Origin: an uncultured Desulfobacterales bacterium | Lineage (GTDB): Bacteria > Desulfobacterota > Desulfobacteria > Desulfobacterales > C00003060 | Direction of reading: 5' to 3' | Length of the DNA: 32,716 nt | NCBI GenBank assembly: GCA_964532395.1 | Contig: CAZHHS010000002.1 | Coordinates: forward strand, 222 to 32,937 | Shown here: positions 1 to 9,020 of the stretch, piece after piece | Position numbering within the stretch: the stretch's first letter is position 1 | Layout of the letters: every line of letters begins with the position of its first letter | Program-made: the position numbers and the translations under genes | The notes under the pieces: generated by a model | The model's database searches: none | Seen by the model: the letters and a program-made list of their open reading frames with translations, nothing else | Told to the model about the DNA's origin: nothing

Positions 1-57
1 GCCCTTAACCCCCCAAAGAAGGCCCTTGGCGAAAAGCCGACGCAAACGGGCGGCCAT
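1..57 (-). CDS. 5' end (19 codons) of an ORF that runs off the window; possibly the next Hmc-operon subunit
   Basis: ATG at 57..55 directly abuts the TAA of the preceding small ORF (TAAATG). It reads MAARLRRLFAKGLLWGVKG... and is too short to identify. Confidence 0.25.
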   Translation of the reverse strand, partial: MAARLRRLFAKGLLWGVKG

Positions 58-201
58 TTACTCCGGCCAATCTTTCTCATCTCTGCCTACCAGGAAATTC
101 CACATGGCCAGCATCGCTAAGAGAACGACGCCCATCAGCACATAGGTCATGCCCTTGGAATAGGTAAAAAACGCTTGCAACGTGTGAAAAGTCGTATCCA
201 T
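58..201 (-). CDS. hmcD: HmcD-like small single-helix membrane protein (47 aa)
   Basis: Not in the ORF track (<60 aa). ATG 201..199, TAA 60..58, GGGAGG SD about 9 nt upstream. The translation MDTTFHTLQAFFTYSKGMTYVLMGVVLLAMLAMWNFLVGRDEKDWPE has one hydrophobic helix. Its position directly after hmcC matches the small subunit of the Desulfovibrio vulgaris hmc operon. Confidence 0.5.
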   Translation of the reverse strand: MDTTFHTLQAFFTYSKGMTYVLMGVVLLAMLAMWNFLVGRDEKDWPE

Positions 202-225
202 AGTCTTCTTCCTCCCAACAACCCC

Positions 226-1398
226 TTAGTGGGCGTCCTTATACTCCGGGTGTTCGTAGAAAATCGGCATCCGCTTCGCGATAAACCGAAATGCAATGAT
301 GAAAACCGTCACCAAGAACACCGTGATTCCAATCTCCATCCAGTGGGGAAAATATCGCTCACTCGAGGGTAGCCGCCAATTAAAAGCCACCATAGAAACG
401 TTAAACCGGTTCACCACTATCCCAAGAACGGTCCATAAGGCGGTCCACTTTACCAGCGTGACATTCTTGTCTCGTACGGCAACGGCATACAAGAAACCGG
501 GCAATGCGACGAAACCCAGCACCTCCACAAGAAACCAGACACCATAGGAGGTGCCCAGGTAATGCCAGTTATTATCCATTGAAAGTCCGAACACCTTCAT
601 GGCAAAATAGCCCCCCATTACCCAGCAAGCGCCCTTAGCGAAACCGAACGTGACATGGGAGTTTTCAGCCAAGTGTGTCTCGTCCATCTTGTCATGGAAA
701 TAACGGTGGGAGAGGGTACTCTCGAATATCACCATGGACAAACCGGCGAAAATGCTTGAAACGAAGAAAAAGACGGGCAAGTAAGTGGAGTACCATAGTG
801 GGTGAACTTTGGACGGCGCAATGAGAAAGAGCGCCCCCAAAGAAGACTGATGCATGGTCGATAAGATGACACCGAAGATGGTCAAAACCAAGGTAAGCTT
901 TACCACAATGTTTCGCACCTTCTTTAGGCCCAACCACTCCAGTGCTGCCGGCGAATATTCAATCAGCAGAACAGTCAAGTAGAGGAAAACACAAAGACCC
1001 ACTTCGAACAACACGGAGGTAGTTCCCTGCTGAACGAAGATCGGGTATGGCAAGCGCCATGGTCGGCCGACATCGTAATGCAAGGCCAGTACGACCAAGG
1101 CATAGCCAAGAAATGCAGTGAGAATCGCCGGCCGGACCGCTGAGTGATATCTCTTCAGCCCGAAGATGTAACAGGCCGCAGAAGTCGTGTAACCACCGGC
1201 CGCCAAAGCAACACCGCACAACAGGTCGAAGCTGATCCATATCCCCCAAGGGTTGTTGTCGGAAAGGTTGGTGATCGCCCCCAATCCTCCCGTAAAGCGA
1301 AGGACCGTGAGGATCAGCCCCATCAAAACAATAATCCCGGCCACAATATTGAAAGGATTGAACAGGGACTCATTGGCCGCAGTAGCTTCTTCGGACAT
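226..1398 (-). CDS. hmcC: NrfD/PsrC-family polytopic membrane quinone-interacting subunit (HmcC-like)
   Basis: 390-aa highly hydrophobic protein with multiple TM helices (e.g. GIWISFDLLCGVALAAGGY). Its ATG overlaps the hmcB stop (TAATG). Gene order is cytochrome, then Fe-S protein, then NrfD-like. Confidence 0.85.
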   Translation of the reverse strand: MSEEATAANESLFNPFNIVAGIIVLMGLILTVLRFTGGLGAITNLSDNNPWGIWISFDLLCGVALAAGGYTTSAACYIFGLKRYHSAVRPAILTAFLGYALVVLALHYDVGRPWRLPYPIFVQQGTTSVLFEVGLCVFLYLTVLLIEYSPAALEWLGLKKVRNIVVKLTLVLTIFGVILSTMHQSSLGALFLIAPSKVHPLWYSTYLPVFFFVSSIFAGLSMVIFESTLSHRYFHDKMDETHLAENSHVTFGFAKGACWVMGGYFAMKVFGLSMDNNWHYLGTSYGVWFLVEVLGFVALPGFLYAVAVRDKNVTLVKWTALWTVLGIVVNRFNVSMVAFNWRLPSSERYFPHWMEIGITVFLVTVFIIAFRFIAKRMPIFYEHPEYKDAH

Positions 1399-2456
1399 TA
1401 TGAATTCTCCTCCTTGTCATTCGCCGTAGCTTCTTCAACCGCTTTCTTCACTTCCACCTCGACAAGCCGTTTATGCTTTAGTTCCGCCTGCTCCAAGGCC
1501 TTCGACAGCTTGGCTTCGGCATCTGCGCTTGCCCTGGTGAGTGCAGACCTCACGGCTTGACGTCTCTCCTCCGCGGCAATCTTGTCCTTTCGTTTCGACA
1601 CTGCATAGATGCCGCCCAGAAGAACAGGCCAGAGACCGGCGATCACCGGAACAGAAGCCAATGCGCCGGAAGTTAGCTTAGGCGCGGCTGTCACGCCCAA
1701 ATCTTCCTGCATCCCCACCTCGCTGAACGGAACGCCCGAGACATACATCCAGCTCGTGCCGCCCATCTCATGTTCACCGTAAATGTGGTCGACATATTGA
1801 TCGGGAAAACTGCGGATACGTTCCCGAGCGATGGTGATCAGGTCCTCTCGTTTTCCAAACGTCAACGCCTCCTTTGGACAGGCTTCCACACATCCAGGCA
1901 ACTTGCCCTTTAAAAGCCTCGGGGTATAGCACATCGTGCACTTCATGATTCTCGGTTCAAGCGGCTCATCGTACTCGTAAGCGGGAACATAGAACGGACA
2001 GGCAATCATACAGTATCGACATCCCACACAAACGGACGCATCATAGGTGACCGCCCCTTCCTCCGTCTTCTCAAACGCCCGGACGAAACACGCCGAGGCG
2101 CAAGCCGGTTCCAAGCAGTGATTACACTGCATCTTGCGATAGTCCGGACCGTCTGTTCCTTCAATAGCGTCATAACTGTTCACCACAGTGTAAGTTCCGG
2201 CATCGGTCCTTCTCTTGTCCTCCAACACCGATAAATCATCAAAGGGTCGTTTCGGGTCGGGTAGCTTATTCACCTCATTACACGCCGCTTCGCATTTCCG
2301 GCATCCAATGCAGCGCGTCATATCGTGAAGCACCCCCAAACTCTCCGGGTAACCCGTGAAATGCTTGTTTCCAGCGGCCCGGGCTGATCGACCCACCGTC
2401 AAAGACATCCCCGCAGCTCCCATCCATCCTAAAAATCTCCGTCGTGATATAGCCAT
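1398..2456 (-). CDS. hmcB: Tat-exported multi-[4Fe-4S] ferredoxin-like subunit with C-terminal TM anchor (HmcB-like)
   Basis: Twin-arginine signal [13 protein letters not shown] lies right after Met36 of the track ORF. Cys clusters: [40 protein letters not shown]...CVEACP. A C-terminal TM helix is followed by a charged tail. I moved the start to ATG 2456 because 2493-2599 is filled by three perfect stem-loops; the track start 2561 is the alternative. Confidence 0.85.
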   Translation of the reverse strand: MAISRRRFLGWMGAAGMSLTVGRSARAAGNKHFTGYPESLGVLHDMTRCIGCRKCEAACNEVNKLPDPKRPFDDLSVLEDKRRTDAGTYTVVNSYDAIEGTDGPDYRKMQCNHCLEPACASACFVRAFEKTEEGAVTYDASVCVGCRYCMIACPFYVPAYEYDEPLEPRIMKCTMCYTPRLLKGKLPGCVEACPKEALTFGKREDLITIARERIRSFPDQYVDHIYGEHEMGGTSWMYVSGVPFSEVGMQEDLGVTAAPKLTSGALASVPVIAGLWPVLLGGIYAVSKRKDKIAAEERRQAVRSALTRASADAEAKLSKALEQAELKHKRLVEVEVKKAVEEATANDKEENS

Positions 2457-2492
2457 ATCAAAAACCCCTTCAAAAGAAATGCGAGTCAAGGA

Positions 2493-2599
2493 CCACCCGC
2501 AGAGCGGGTGGCTTGAATTTTCGGCCCAAGGCCGAAAAGGCAAAAGCAACCTTGCTTTCATCCTTGCGTTTGCAACCTGGTGCTAATAAGGTTGCAAAC
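2493..2599 (-). other. Three consecutive perfect stem-loops in the hmcA-hmcB intercistronic spacer
   Basis: CCACCCGC-AGA-GCGGGTGG (2493-2511), TTTTCGGCC-CAA-GGCCGAAAA (2518-2538) and GTTTGCAACC-N12-GGTTGCAAAC (2568-2599). Confidence 0.6.
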
Positions 2600-2611
2600 A
2601 ATGATCCTGCC

Positions 2612-4267
2612 CTATTTCTTCTTTTCTTTGTGACATGCCTTACAATCTCGTGGCTTTGGCTTTTCCAATTTCATTTCTTTATGACATCCGAGACACTGTA
2701 TATGGTAGGCGCCCTTCAAACCCGGCCTGAGCAAATTATTGTCGTCAAAAGGTCGGCCGTGGCACCGGGAACACTTGGGTGGTTTCTTTGCCGGCGGGCT
2801 GCCGTGATGGCAACCCTGACACAAAGTTCCCTTATCCCGATGGAAATAGGTCGCCAGTTTCTTGTCCTTCGTCTTCTTAACCAACGCTTTGACGATTTTT
2901 CTGTGTGGGAGCTCAGCTGCCTCATATTGATCAACAAGCGTCTTAATCACCACCTTTTCCGGAATGTCGTCGTCTTTATAAGTCCCCTCCATGGGGGGTC
3001 TTGCCTCAAGCATTTTCTTGGCCACATCCTCGGGCTTCATTCCTGGTTCTACCATCTCCCCCGGGTTCATGTGGCAGGTCCCACAGGCCGACGGGTCGGG
3101 CCTCCCGGTCCGTCCGATAAAGGCATGGCAACCGGCACATTCCTTTTCTTGCTGCCTCTCGTTGTGACACCCCAGGCAACTTTGTTCCCTGTCCGGTTGA
3201 TGCATTGCCTGGGCGAGTTTGATGAAATCGCCGTCCTTATTACCCTCTAGGGTGTGACATTTCTGGCTGCATGAATCGAGGCTTTGATGGTGACAAACAC
3301 GGCAGGTGTCGTTGTAGCCTTCATGGTCCTTGTGATTAAAGGGAACCGGATCCATCAGGACCAGGTCCTTTTTCTTCTCCGCCGGAAGCTCTTTTTTGGG
3401 GCCCTGGATCAGAACGAAATCGGGTTGCTTCCGTTCAATCCGCGGAACCTTTTCAATGGTTTTAATCTGCTCTTGCGCCTGGGGATCATGGCAACCCCTG
3501 CACGCTACCGGGCCGATCGCCTTTTTCTCGACCAGTGTGGGATCCTCGGCCCGTCGCCTTCTGTGGCAGTCGACACATGAAACATGCGATGCCAGGCGTA
3601 TGGACATGCGGTTCTCCTCGGTCTGCGCCTTGTGGCAATACCGGCAGGATCCTTCCTTGTCCTTGGCATAATAGAGTTTCTTCTTGATCTCGTCATACTG
3701 ATGGTGGCACAGACCGCACTTGGTCTCATTCTTCACCTTATCTTTCGTGGCCTCTATATGTCGATAATGCAGCGATTTATCCATTACCATGGGTTGCCAA
3801 GAAGATACGATCTGATTGTCCTCAGGTTCTACGTGACATTTGCCGCAACGCTCCACGGGCCCACTTTTTTGCCCTGCCTTGACATATTCCTTGTGACAGC
3901 TAATGCATTCCGTATGATAGACATCCAAGACCTGCTCCCGACTCGTATCTTCGAGGCGCTTGAATTTCGGCGATAATGCCTTCTTCTCCACCAAGGACGG
4001 TGGACGCTTCGCCTCTAGATGGCATGCCTTGCAATCCTTGTCACGTTTCGCCAGAGTCTCCGTATGCCGGTCATGCAGAAAGACAACCGCCGGTCTTTCA
4101 ATTTCCCCAAATTGTTGGAGTGTATCGATGGTTAGAATGTCGGCTCGGGCCTCCGAAGTGGACACTTGGGGTTCCGAAACCGCCGTATTTCCCACCGCGT
4201 ATACGGCAATGGAGCCTACGGCAACCAGGATACCGGCCAGCCCTAAATAGAATTTTGCTTTTAGCAT
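2612..4267 (-). CDS. hmcA: High-molecular-weight 16-heme periplasmic cytochrome c (HmcA-like)
   Basis: 551 aa with an N-terminal hydrophobic signal/anchor. I counted 15 CxxCH plus 1 CxxxCH (CSQKCH), giving 16 heme-binding sites. Lys-rich. It is followed by hmcB/C/D-like genes. Confidence 0.9.
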   Translation of the reverse strand: MLKAKFYLGLAGILVAVGSIAVYAVGNTAVSEPQVSTSEARADILTIDTLQQFGEIERPAVVFLHDRHTETLAKRDKDCKACHLEAKRPPSLVEKKALSPKFKRLEDTSREQVLDVYHTECISCHKEYVKAGQKSGPVERCGKCHVEPEDNQIVSSWQPMVMDKSLHYRHIEATKDKVKNETKCGLCHHQYDEIKKKLYYAKDKEGSCRYCHKAQTEENRMSIRLASHVSCVDCHRRRRAEDPTLVEKKAIGPVACRGCHDPQAQEQIKTIEKVPRIERKQPDFVLIQGPKKELPAEKKKDLVLMDPVPFNHKDHEGYNDTCRVCHHQSLDSCSQKCHTLEGNKDGDFIKLAQAMHQPDREQSCLGCHNERQQEKECAGCHAFIGRTGRPDPSACGTCHMNPGEMVEPGMKPEDVAKKMLEARPPMEGTYKDDDIPEKVVIKTLVDQYEAAELPHRKIVKALVKKTKDKKLATYFHRDKGTLCQGCHHGSPPAKKPPKCSRCHGRPFDDNNLLRPGLKGAYHIQCLGCHKEMKLEKPKPRDCKACHKEKKK

Positions 4268-4621
4268 GTCGTTAACCCTCGTCGTTAAGCAGTTTAGCCC
4301 CCACGTTCATGTGACGTCGTTTAATGGGGACGTGGCAAAAAATCTGGTGACACCCCTACAGGGCTCAGTGCGCCTGGCTGAAATGCACAAAACGTAATAC
4401 CTGTTGTGACCATGGATGATTTACTATACTGAAATAATATAGATAGTAATACTCTAACTAACAGCCTCTTACCCGGCTGTCAAGAAAAAAATAAATCTCC
4501 ATCTGGTCAACAACAAAAAAAGCAAAGGCGTCCGAGATCAGGGTCACTGCCTCATTCCTTTTTCATACCGGTACTCGCCCTGAGAGCAAATATCGCCGCC
4601 GATCCCAGACTCTTTGCCTCT

Positions 4622-4680
4622 GCCACACAAAAAGCCCTTCGGAAACAGAACATATATGGTCTGCAATGCCAAAAGGGCTT
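4622..4680 (-). terminator. Intrinsic terminator-like hairpin after the RHH gene
   Basis: On the minus strand, AAGCCCTT...AAGGGCTT encloses an inner CAGACC/GTTCTG stem and is followed by TTTTGTGTGG. Confidence 0.45.
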
Positions 4681-4690
4681 GTGGTGCACA

Positions 4691-4873
4691 TCATGTCTTC
4701 TTCCGGGTCCGTTTTAGGGTCGCCTCTTTTCGCCAATCCGTACCATGCGATTCGAGATACTTCTCAATCGCCTGCTTGGCTGCTGCCGAAATGCTGATAA
4801 ACTGTTTGTCCGCAACTTTCTTGAGGGCCGCTTTCATGCGGGGATCGATTTTAACGGTAAGCAAGAAACCCAT
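4691..4873 (-). CDS. Ribbon-helix-helix (CopG/Arc/MetJ-type) small DNA-binding protein
   Basis: 60 aa. The N-terminal beta-strand-like LTVKIDPRMKAALKKVA is followed by two short helices (ISAAAKQAIEKYL). The GGAGG SD abuts the ATG, which is suboptimal spacing. Confidence 0.55.
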   Translation of the reverse strand: MGFLLTVKIDPRMKAALKKVADKQFISISAAAKQAIEKYLESHGTDWRKEATLKRTRKKT

Positions 4874-4974
4874 CCTCCTGGCCAGGTAAAAGAAATACCC
4901 ATGAGATCATACTTTTAGCCCCAACGCGAACCTCCCGCAGGAGGCGAAGGCTTAGCCGCTCGATATATACTAAA

Positions 4975-4989
4975 TTAGTAGAGTACTAA
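4975..4989. promoter_or_regulatory. Palindrome TTAGTA-GAG-TACTAA in an AT-rich stretch about 100 nt upstream of the RHH gene; candidate operator
   Basis: Perfect 6-bp arms adjacent to a TATATA (minus-strand -10-like) box at 4964-4969. Confidence 0.3.
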
Positions 4990-5158
4990 ACATTATTTCT
5001 CCATGCAAGCAGAAAATGACAAACCCCAAATATTTTATTCAGTCGGTAATACTCAGACTATATTTTGGAAGGAAGAACGGAATTGTGTTGCCGGAGCGTG
5101 GAAAGCATTCCGGGGGTTGTCACCAGGGAAAGGCGTCCCAGTTCCTCATGGGCACGTC

Positions 5159-5578
5159 CTACTGGACGGTCTCAGGACTTGCGGCGTCTGCCTTCGCTTT
5201 TCGCCGGGCTTCTATGCGTTTCATCGCCCGCTCCAAGGCGATGTCGAGGGCCTCCTGGCTGATCGGCTTGGCCACGAAGTCAGCCGCCTCAAGGGCCTTG
5301 CTTCTGATCGCCAGGTCCTGGTCGCCATAGCCGGTAATCATGATGACCTCCGTATCGTGACGCTCCGTTTTGACCTGGCGAAGAAGCTCCATTCCGTCGC
5401 CTCCCGGCATCTTAATGTCAGCCAGTACGATGGCAGGCAGAAGCCGCCTGAACATCTCCAGAGCCTTTGCCACACTTTCTGCGGTATGGACTTCATAGCC
5501 GGCATCGGTCAAAGAGATGCTTAGCACATTGCGGATCCCCTCTTCATCGTCTACCAACAATATTCTTTCTTTCATCAC
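5159..5578 (-). CDS. Stand-alone CheY-like response-regulator receiver protein
   Basis: 139 aa with LLVDDEE...D(I)KMPGGDG...ITGYGD...KP receiver signature and no output domain. Its start overlaps the kinase stop (ATGA). Confidence 0.9.
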   Translation of the reverse strand: MMKERILLVDDEEGIRNVLSISLTDAGYEVHTAESVAKALEMFRRLLPAIVLADIKMPGGDGMELLRQVKTERHDTEVIMITGYGDQDLAIRSKALEAADFVAKPISQEALDIALERAMKRIEARRKAKADAASPETVQ

Positions 5579-7899
5579 TTCTCTCCGGCAACGGGAAATT
5601 TCAGGACGAATGTCGTGCCGCCGGACGCTTTGGAAACGACACGGATTTCACCATCATATTCCTGGATGATGCCATAGCTTATGGAAAGACCCAATCCCGT
5701 ACCTTTCCCCACCTTTTTTGTGGTAAAGAAGGGCTCGAAGATCTTGTTCTGAATGGCTTCTGGAATCCCCGTACCCGTATCCGCAACTTCGACACGGATT
5801 TGATCGCCCTCCAACTGGGTCTTAAGTGTAATTCTTTTCTCCGCCTGGCCGGGGGCGCATCCTTGCCACCGATCTTCGATCGCATCTCGCGCATTGGTCA
5901 GCAAGTTAATGAAGACCTGCTCTAATCGATTCGCATCGGCTGAGATATGCGGCAGATCTTCATCCAGTTCCTTCGTTACGGTAATGTCCCTGAGTGTCAG
6001 CTGCTGACTGAAAATCTCAAGGGCCTTGCTGAGCGGTTCATTCACCTGAACTTTTTCTCTTGTCACATCAGATTTTCGCCCAAATTCGCGCATATGCTTG
6101 ATGATCCGTGACGCACGATCCACATGCCCGTCAATCTCGTCGGCCATGGTCTTCAAGATTTCTTCTTGGATACCTTCTTTCGCATCCACCTTCTTTTTCA
6201 GAAATGTACTTGCCGTTTTAATGACGGAAAGGGGTTGATTCAGCTCATGAGCAACCCCGGTGGCCATTTCCCCCAAAGTGGCCATCTTGCTGGCCTGGAT
6301 GAGCTGGGTTTCCTTTACCAGACTTTCCGTCACATCCACTGTAGTGGCAATGATACCGTATTTTCGGCTGTATTTCGTCCGGCAGGCATAGACATCCACG
6401 TAGAAATGGCTGCCATCCTTACGCTGGTGTCGGATCTTCGGATAGGCGCTGCAAAGCGTTGACGTCAACAGTTCGCTGGTCGCCAAAACACCGTCTTGAA
6501 AATCATCCGCACCCAAATCGAAAAATGACTTTCCAATCAATTCCGCCTTGTCGTACCCGTAACAAGCCAAGGCTCGGGCATTGACATCGAGAATATCGAA
6601 CGTCCCCAGTTCCAGCAGAAAAATCGAGTTTGGATCGTAATCGAACAGCGTTCGGTACTTCTCCTCCGACTCTCGAAGTTCCTCTTGAGATGCGTGGAGT
6701 GCATCCTCGGCTTGCTTTCGTTCCGTAATATCGACGACGTTACCCAAAATGGCGGGTTTTCCCAAATACTCAATGCGCGCATTGCGCCGCTTGATCCATA
6801 CGGTTTCACCACCTTTGGTAAGCCCCCTGGCATCATATTCCGCCGGCGCTTCTTCGCCCTTCAAGCGCCTTTCCCGAATATCGTCCGTAAATGCCCTGTC
6901 TTTGGGATGAACCAGTTCGCGAGAGGCAATACCGACAAGTTCCTCCCTGGGATACCGATAGATTTGTGCCAGCCTCTCATTGGCAAAGACGATCTGCCCG
7001 TCCTGGTCGATATAAATCCCGGTCGGTGAATTGTTCACCAGCGTGCTGTATTTGTGTTCGCTCTCTTTCAGCGCCTCTTCAGCCCGCTTTCGGGCCGTAA
7101 TGTCCAGAGACGATTCGATAATTTGTGAAACATGGCCGTCGGCATCAAGGATGGGATACCCGTGGACCTCAACGTTCCTTGGGTTGCCTTCCTGATCGTA
7201 ATGGAGATGCTCCACCGTAACCGGCTTTTTGGTCTGCCGGATAGCTGCCAGCGGGCACGGGTGGCTAGCAGACTCACAAGGCGTGTTGCTCTTGTGTGTC
7301 AGCTGATGACAAGTGATCTTTTCCGGCAAGGTCCCTTTGTGCGACGCTGAATTGGCCATGGTTACGGTGTAGTCGGAGGCATTGATGACGTAGAACGGAT
7401 GGGGCAGCGATTCAATGATCAAGCGCAAAAACTCGGTTTGACGCTGTGTTTGTTCCTCCGCTCGCTTACGATTATCCATCTCCCGTGAAACACTCTCGAT
7501 CATTCCGTTGGTCATCTGTTTGAGGGCTTCCAACAACTCAATGTCAGAACTTCCGTGAACCCGTGTCATCAGATCACCTTCTGAAGCCTTGTGTAACACA
7601 TCAAAATACTCCGCCAACCCCATGGCAAACTCATGAGATAGCTCGACGATCTCCGAAAGATTTTTTGCCGTGATGTTTACGCATCGCTTGATCTCAGCAA
7701 CCAGATCCGACTCCGATGTTTCGTCCACCTTCACCTGAGGGTTGCCAGCGGCGATCTCTTTCAAGGCTTCGAGGATCTCCGACAGGCCTGAAGCAACGTT
7801 CGGTGACATCTCGTCTGCCTTTGGATCTCGTTCGGCCAACCTGGCCTCCAGCTCGTGAACCCTTCCTTCCAACTCCTCGCGTGTCAGTCCCGTCGTCAT
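5575..7899 (-). CDS. Soluble multi-PAS sensor histidine kinase
   Basis: 774 aa with no TM segment. It has an N-terminal coiled coil, at least three PAS-like modules separated by RKRAEEAL / RKQAEDAL linkers, HisKA (GVAHELNQPL) and HATPase (DTGTGI, GTGLGLSISYGI). Confidence 0.9.
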   Translation of the reverse strand: MTTGLTREELEGRVHELEARLAERDPKADEMSPNVASGLSEILEALKEIAAGNPQVKVDETSESDLVAEIKRCVNITAKNLSEIVELSHEFAMGLAEYFDVLHKASEGDLMTRVHGSSDIELLEALKQMTNGMIESVSREMDNRKRAEEQTQRQTEFLRLIIESLPHPFYVINASDYTVTMANSASHKGTLPEKITCHQLTHKSNTPCESASHPCPLAAIRQTKKPVTVEHLHYDQEGNPRNVEVHGYPILDADGHVSQIIESSLDITARKRAEEALKESEHKYSTLVNNSPTGIYIDQDGQIVFANERLAQIYRYPREELVGIASRELVHPKDRAFTDDIRERRLKGEEAPAEYDARGLTKGGETVWIKRRNARIEYLGKPAILGNVVDITERKQAEDALHASQEELRESEEKYRTLFDYDPNSIFLLELGTFDILDVNARALACYGYDKAELIGKSFFDLGADDFQDGVLATSELLTSTLCSAYPKIRHQRKDGSHFYVDVYACRTKYSRKYGIIATTVDVTESLVKETQLIQASKMATLGEMATGVAHELNQPLSVIKTASTFLKKKVDAKEGIQEEILKTMADEIDGHVDRASRIIKHMREFGRKSDVTREKVQVNEPLSKALEIFSQQLTLRDITVTKELDEDLPHISADANRLEQVFINLLTNARDAIEDRWQGCAPGQAEKRITLKTQLEGDQIRVEVADTGTGIPEAIQNKIFEPFFTTKKVGKGTGLGLSISYGIIQEYDGEIRVVSKASGGTTFVLKFPVAGEK

Positions 7900-8075
7900 G
7901 GGAAATTCCTCGTCTGATAGTGTGATTATGAGGGAATCCTATGCCAGTTCTGATGGTTTCGTCAAGTCCAAGGCCTTTACGGGGCCCACTTGAAGTACAC
8001 GTGTACGTCGATATGTTCACCGCCGCCAACCTCCGGCAAACTCGGCAAGCGTTAGATTTGGGGAAATTGGACACC

Positions 8076-8104
8076 TTGACGGCATATCCCACCGGTAGTA
8101 TGTT
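8076..8104 (+). promoter_or_regulatory. Sigma-70-like promoter for fdhD (TTGACG-17 nt-TATGTT)
   Basis: Hexamers have exact 17-nt spacing, 35 nt upstream of ATG 8139. This supports the shorter fdhD start. Confidence 0.4.
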
Positions 8105-8138
8105 TATTTCAGTATTGCATACCGGAAAGGCTACCGAC

Positions 8139-9020
8139 ATGTCACCGAATCTTTCGAAAGAGGCTGACCGAATCCCCGGTGGTTCGACCCAAACGGTCAG
8201 GGTATGGCCGTTTGAGGGTAAACCGGCGTATCAGGAAGACCAGGAACTGATCGCGGAAGAGCCTTTATCCATCTATGTGGAAGGAAAACCCTATTCCGTC
8301 GTGATGCGTACCCCGGGAGAGGAGAATGCTCACGTAGCCGGTTTTTGTTTGTCCGAAGGGATTGTGGACGGTATGGACGATCTCGCCGCCTTGGACTATT
8401 GCACTGATACGGAAGGCAATGTCGCAACCGTCACCCTCGATTCAAAACGGCGTCATGCGGTGTCTCAGCTTCTGGAAAGACGAGGCTTTGTTAGTCAGAC
8501 CAGTTGCGGGATCTGCGGAAAGGAGATGATCGAGGCGTTACAACAAGCCCTGAGACCGATTCCCAATGCCGGACAATTTACGGCAGGGCGTATCCGCGCA
8601 TGCCTGCAAAGGCTTTCAGAACGTCAGAAACTCTACGCCAAGACACGGGCGTCTCACGCGGCCGCGCTTTTCGATGCGGCCCCGGAAATGCTTGCCATGT
8701 CGGAGGACGTCGGTCGCCACAATGCCTTGGACAAGGCCATCGGGACGGCCTTGATAAACCAAGACCTTGCCAAAGCCTGTCTCGGCATCCTTTCCTCCCG
8801 CATCAGTTACGAGTTGGTCCAAAAAGCAGCCCGAGCTGAAATCCCTATCCTCGTCGGGATGTCACGTCCGACGGCCCTGGCCGTGCAATTGGCCACCGGA
8901 CTCAACATGACCCTCGCCTGCGATAACAAACACGGGGGATTGGCCGTTTACTGCGGCCTTCATCGCATTGTCGGGGCGGGCACCGATCCGGGCGCCGCAC
9001 ACCGCGGCATAAGCCCATGA
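8139..9020 (+). CDS. fdhD: FdhD-family sulfurtransferase (formate dehydrogenase / Mo-bisPGD enzyme maturation)
   Basis: Motifs seen: LSIYVEGKPYSVVMRTPGEE, HVAGFCLSEGIV, SCGICGKE, HAAALFD, EDVGRHNALDKAIG. I moved the start from 7941 to ATG 8139 (GGAAAGG SD, promoter upstream, typical family length). Confidence 0.85.
   Translation: MSPNLSKEADRIPGGSTQTVRVWPFEGKPAYQEDQELIAEEPLSIYVEGKPYSVVMRTPGEENAHVAGFCLSEGIVDGMDDLAALDYCTDTEGNVATVTLDSKRRHAVSQLLERRGFVSQTSCGICGKEMIEALQQALRPIPNAGQFTAGRIRACLQRLSERQKLYAKTRASHAAALFDAAPEMLAMSEDVGRHNALDKAIGTALINQDLAKACLGILSSRISYELVQKAARAEIPILVGMSRPTALAVQLATGLNMTLACDNKHGGLAVYCGLHRIVGAGTDPGAAHRGISP

Noticed and set aside
2457-2561. N-terminal extensions implied by the longest-ORF starts (hmcB 2561, fdhD 7941, nuoG-like 17417)
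   Set aside because: - The extensions have no family-like sequence.
- They overlap stem-loops (hmcB) or a promoter (fdhD).
- In-frame ATGs with an SD and, for hmcB, an immediately following Tat signal give family-typical lengths.
4268-4620. Searched the hmcA upstream region for a sigma-54 promoter or riboswitch-like structure
   Set aside because: I found only an AT-rich stretch (about 4425-4465) with several -10-like boxes and no GG-N10-GC match. I could not assign a promoter with confidence.
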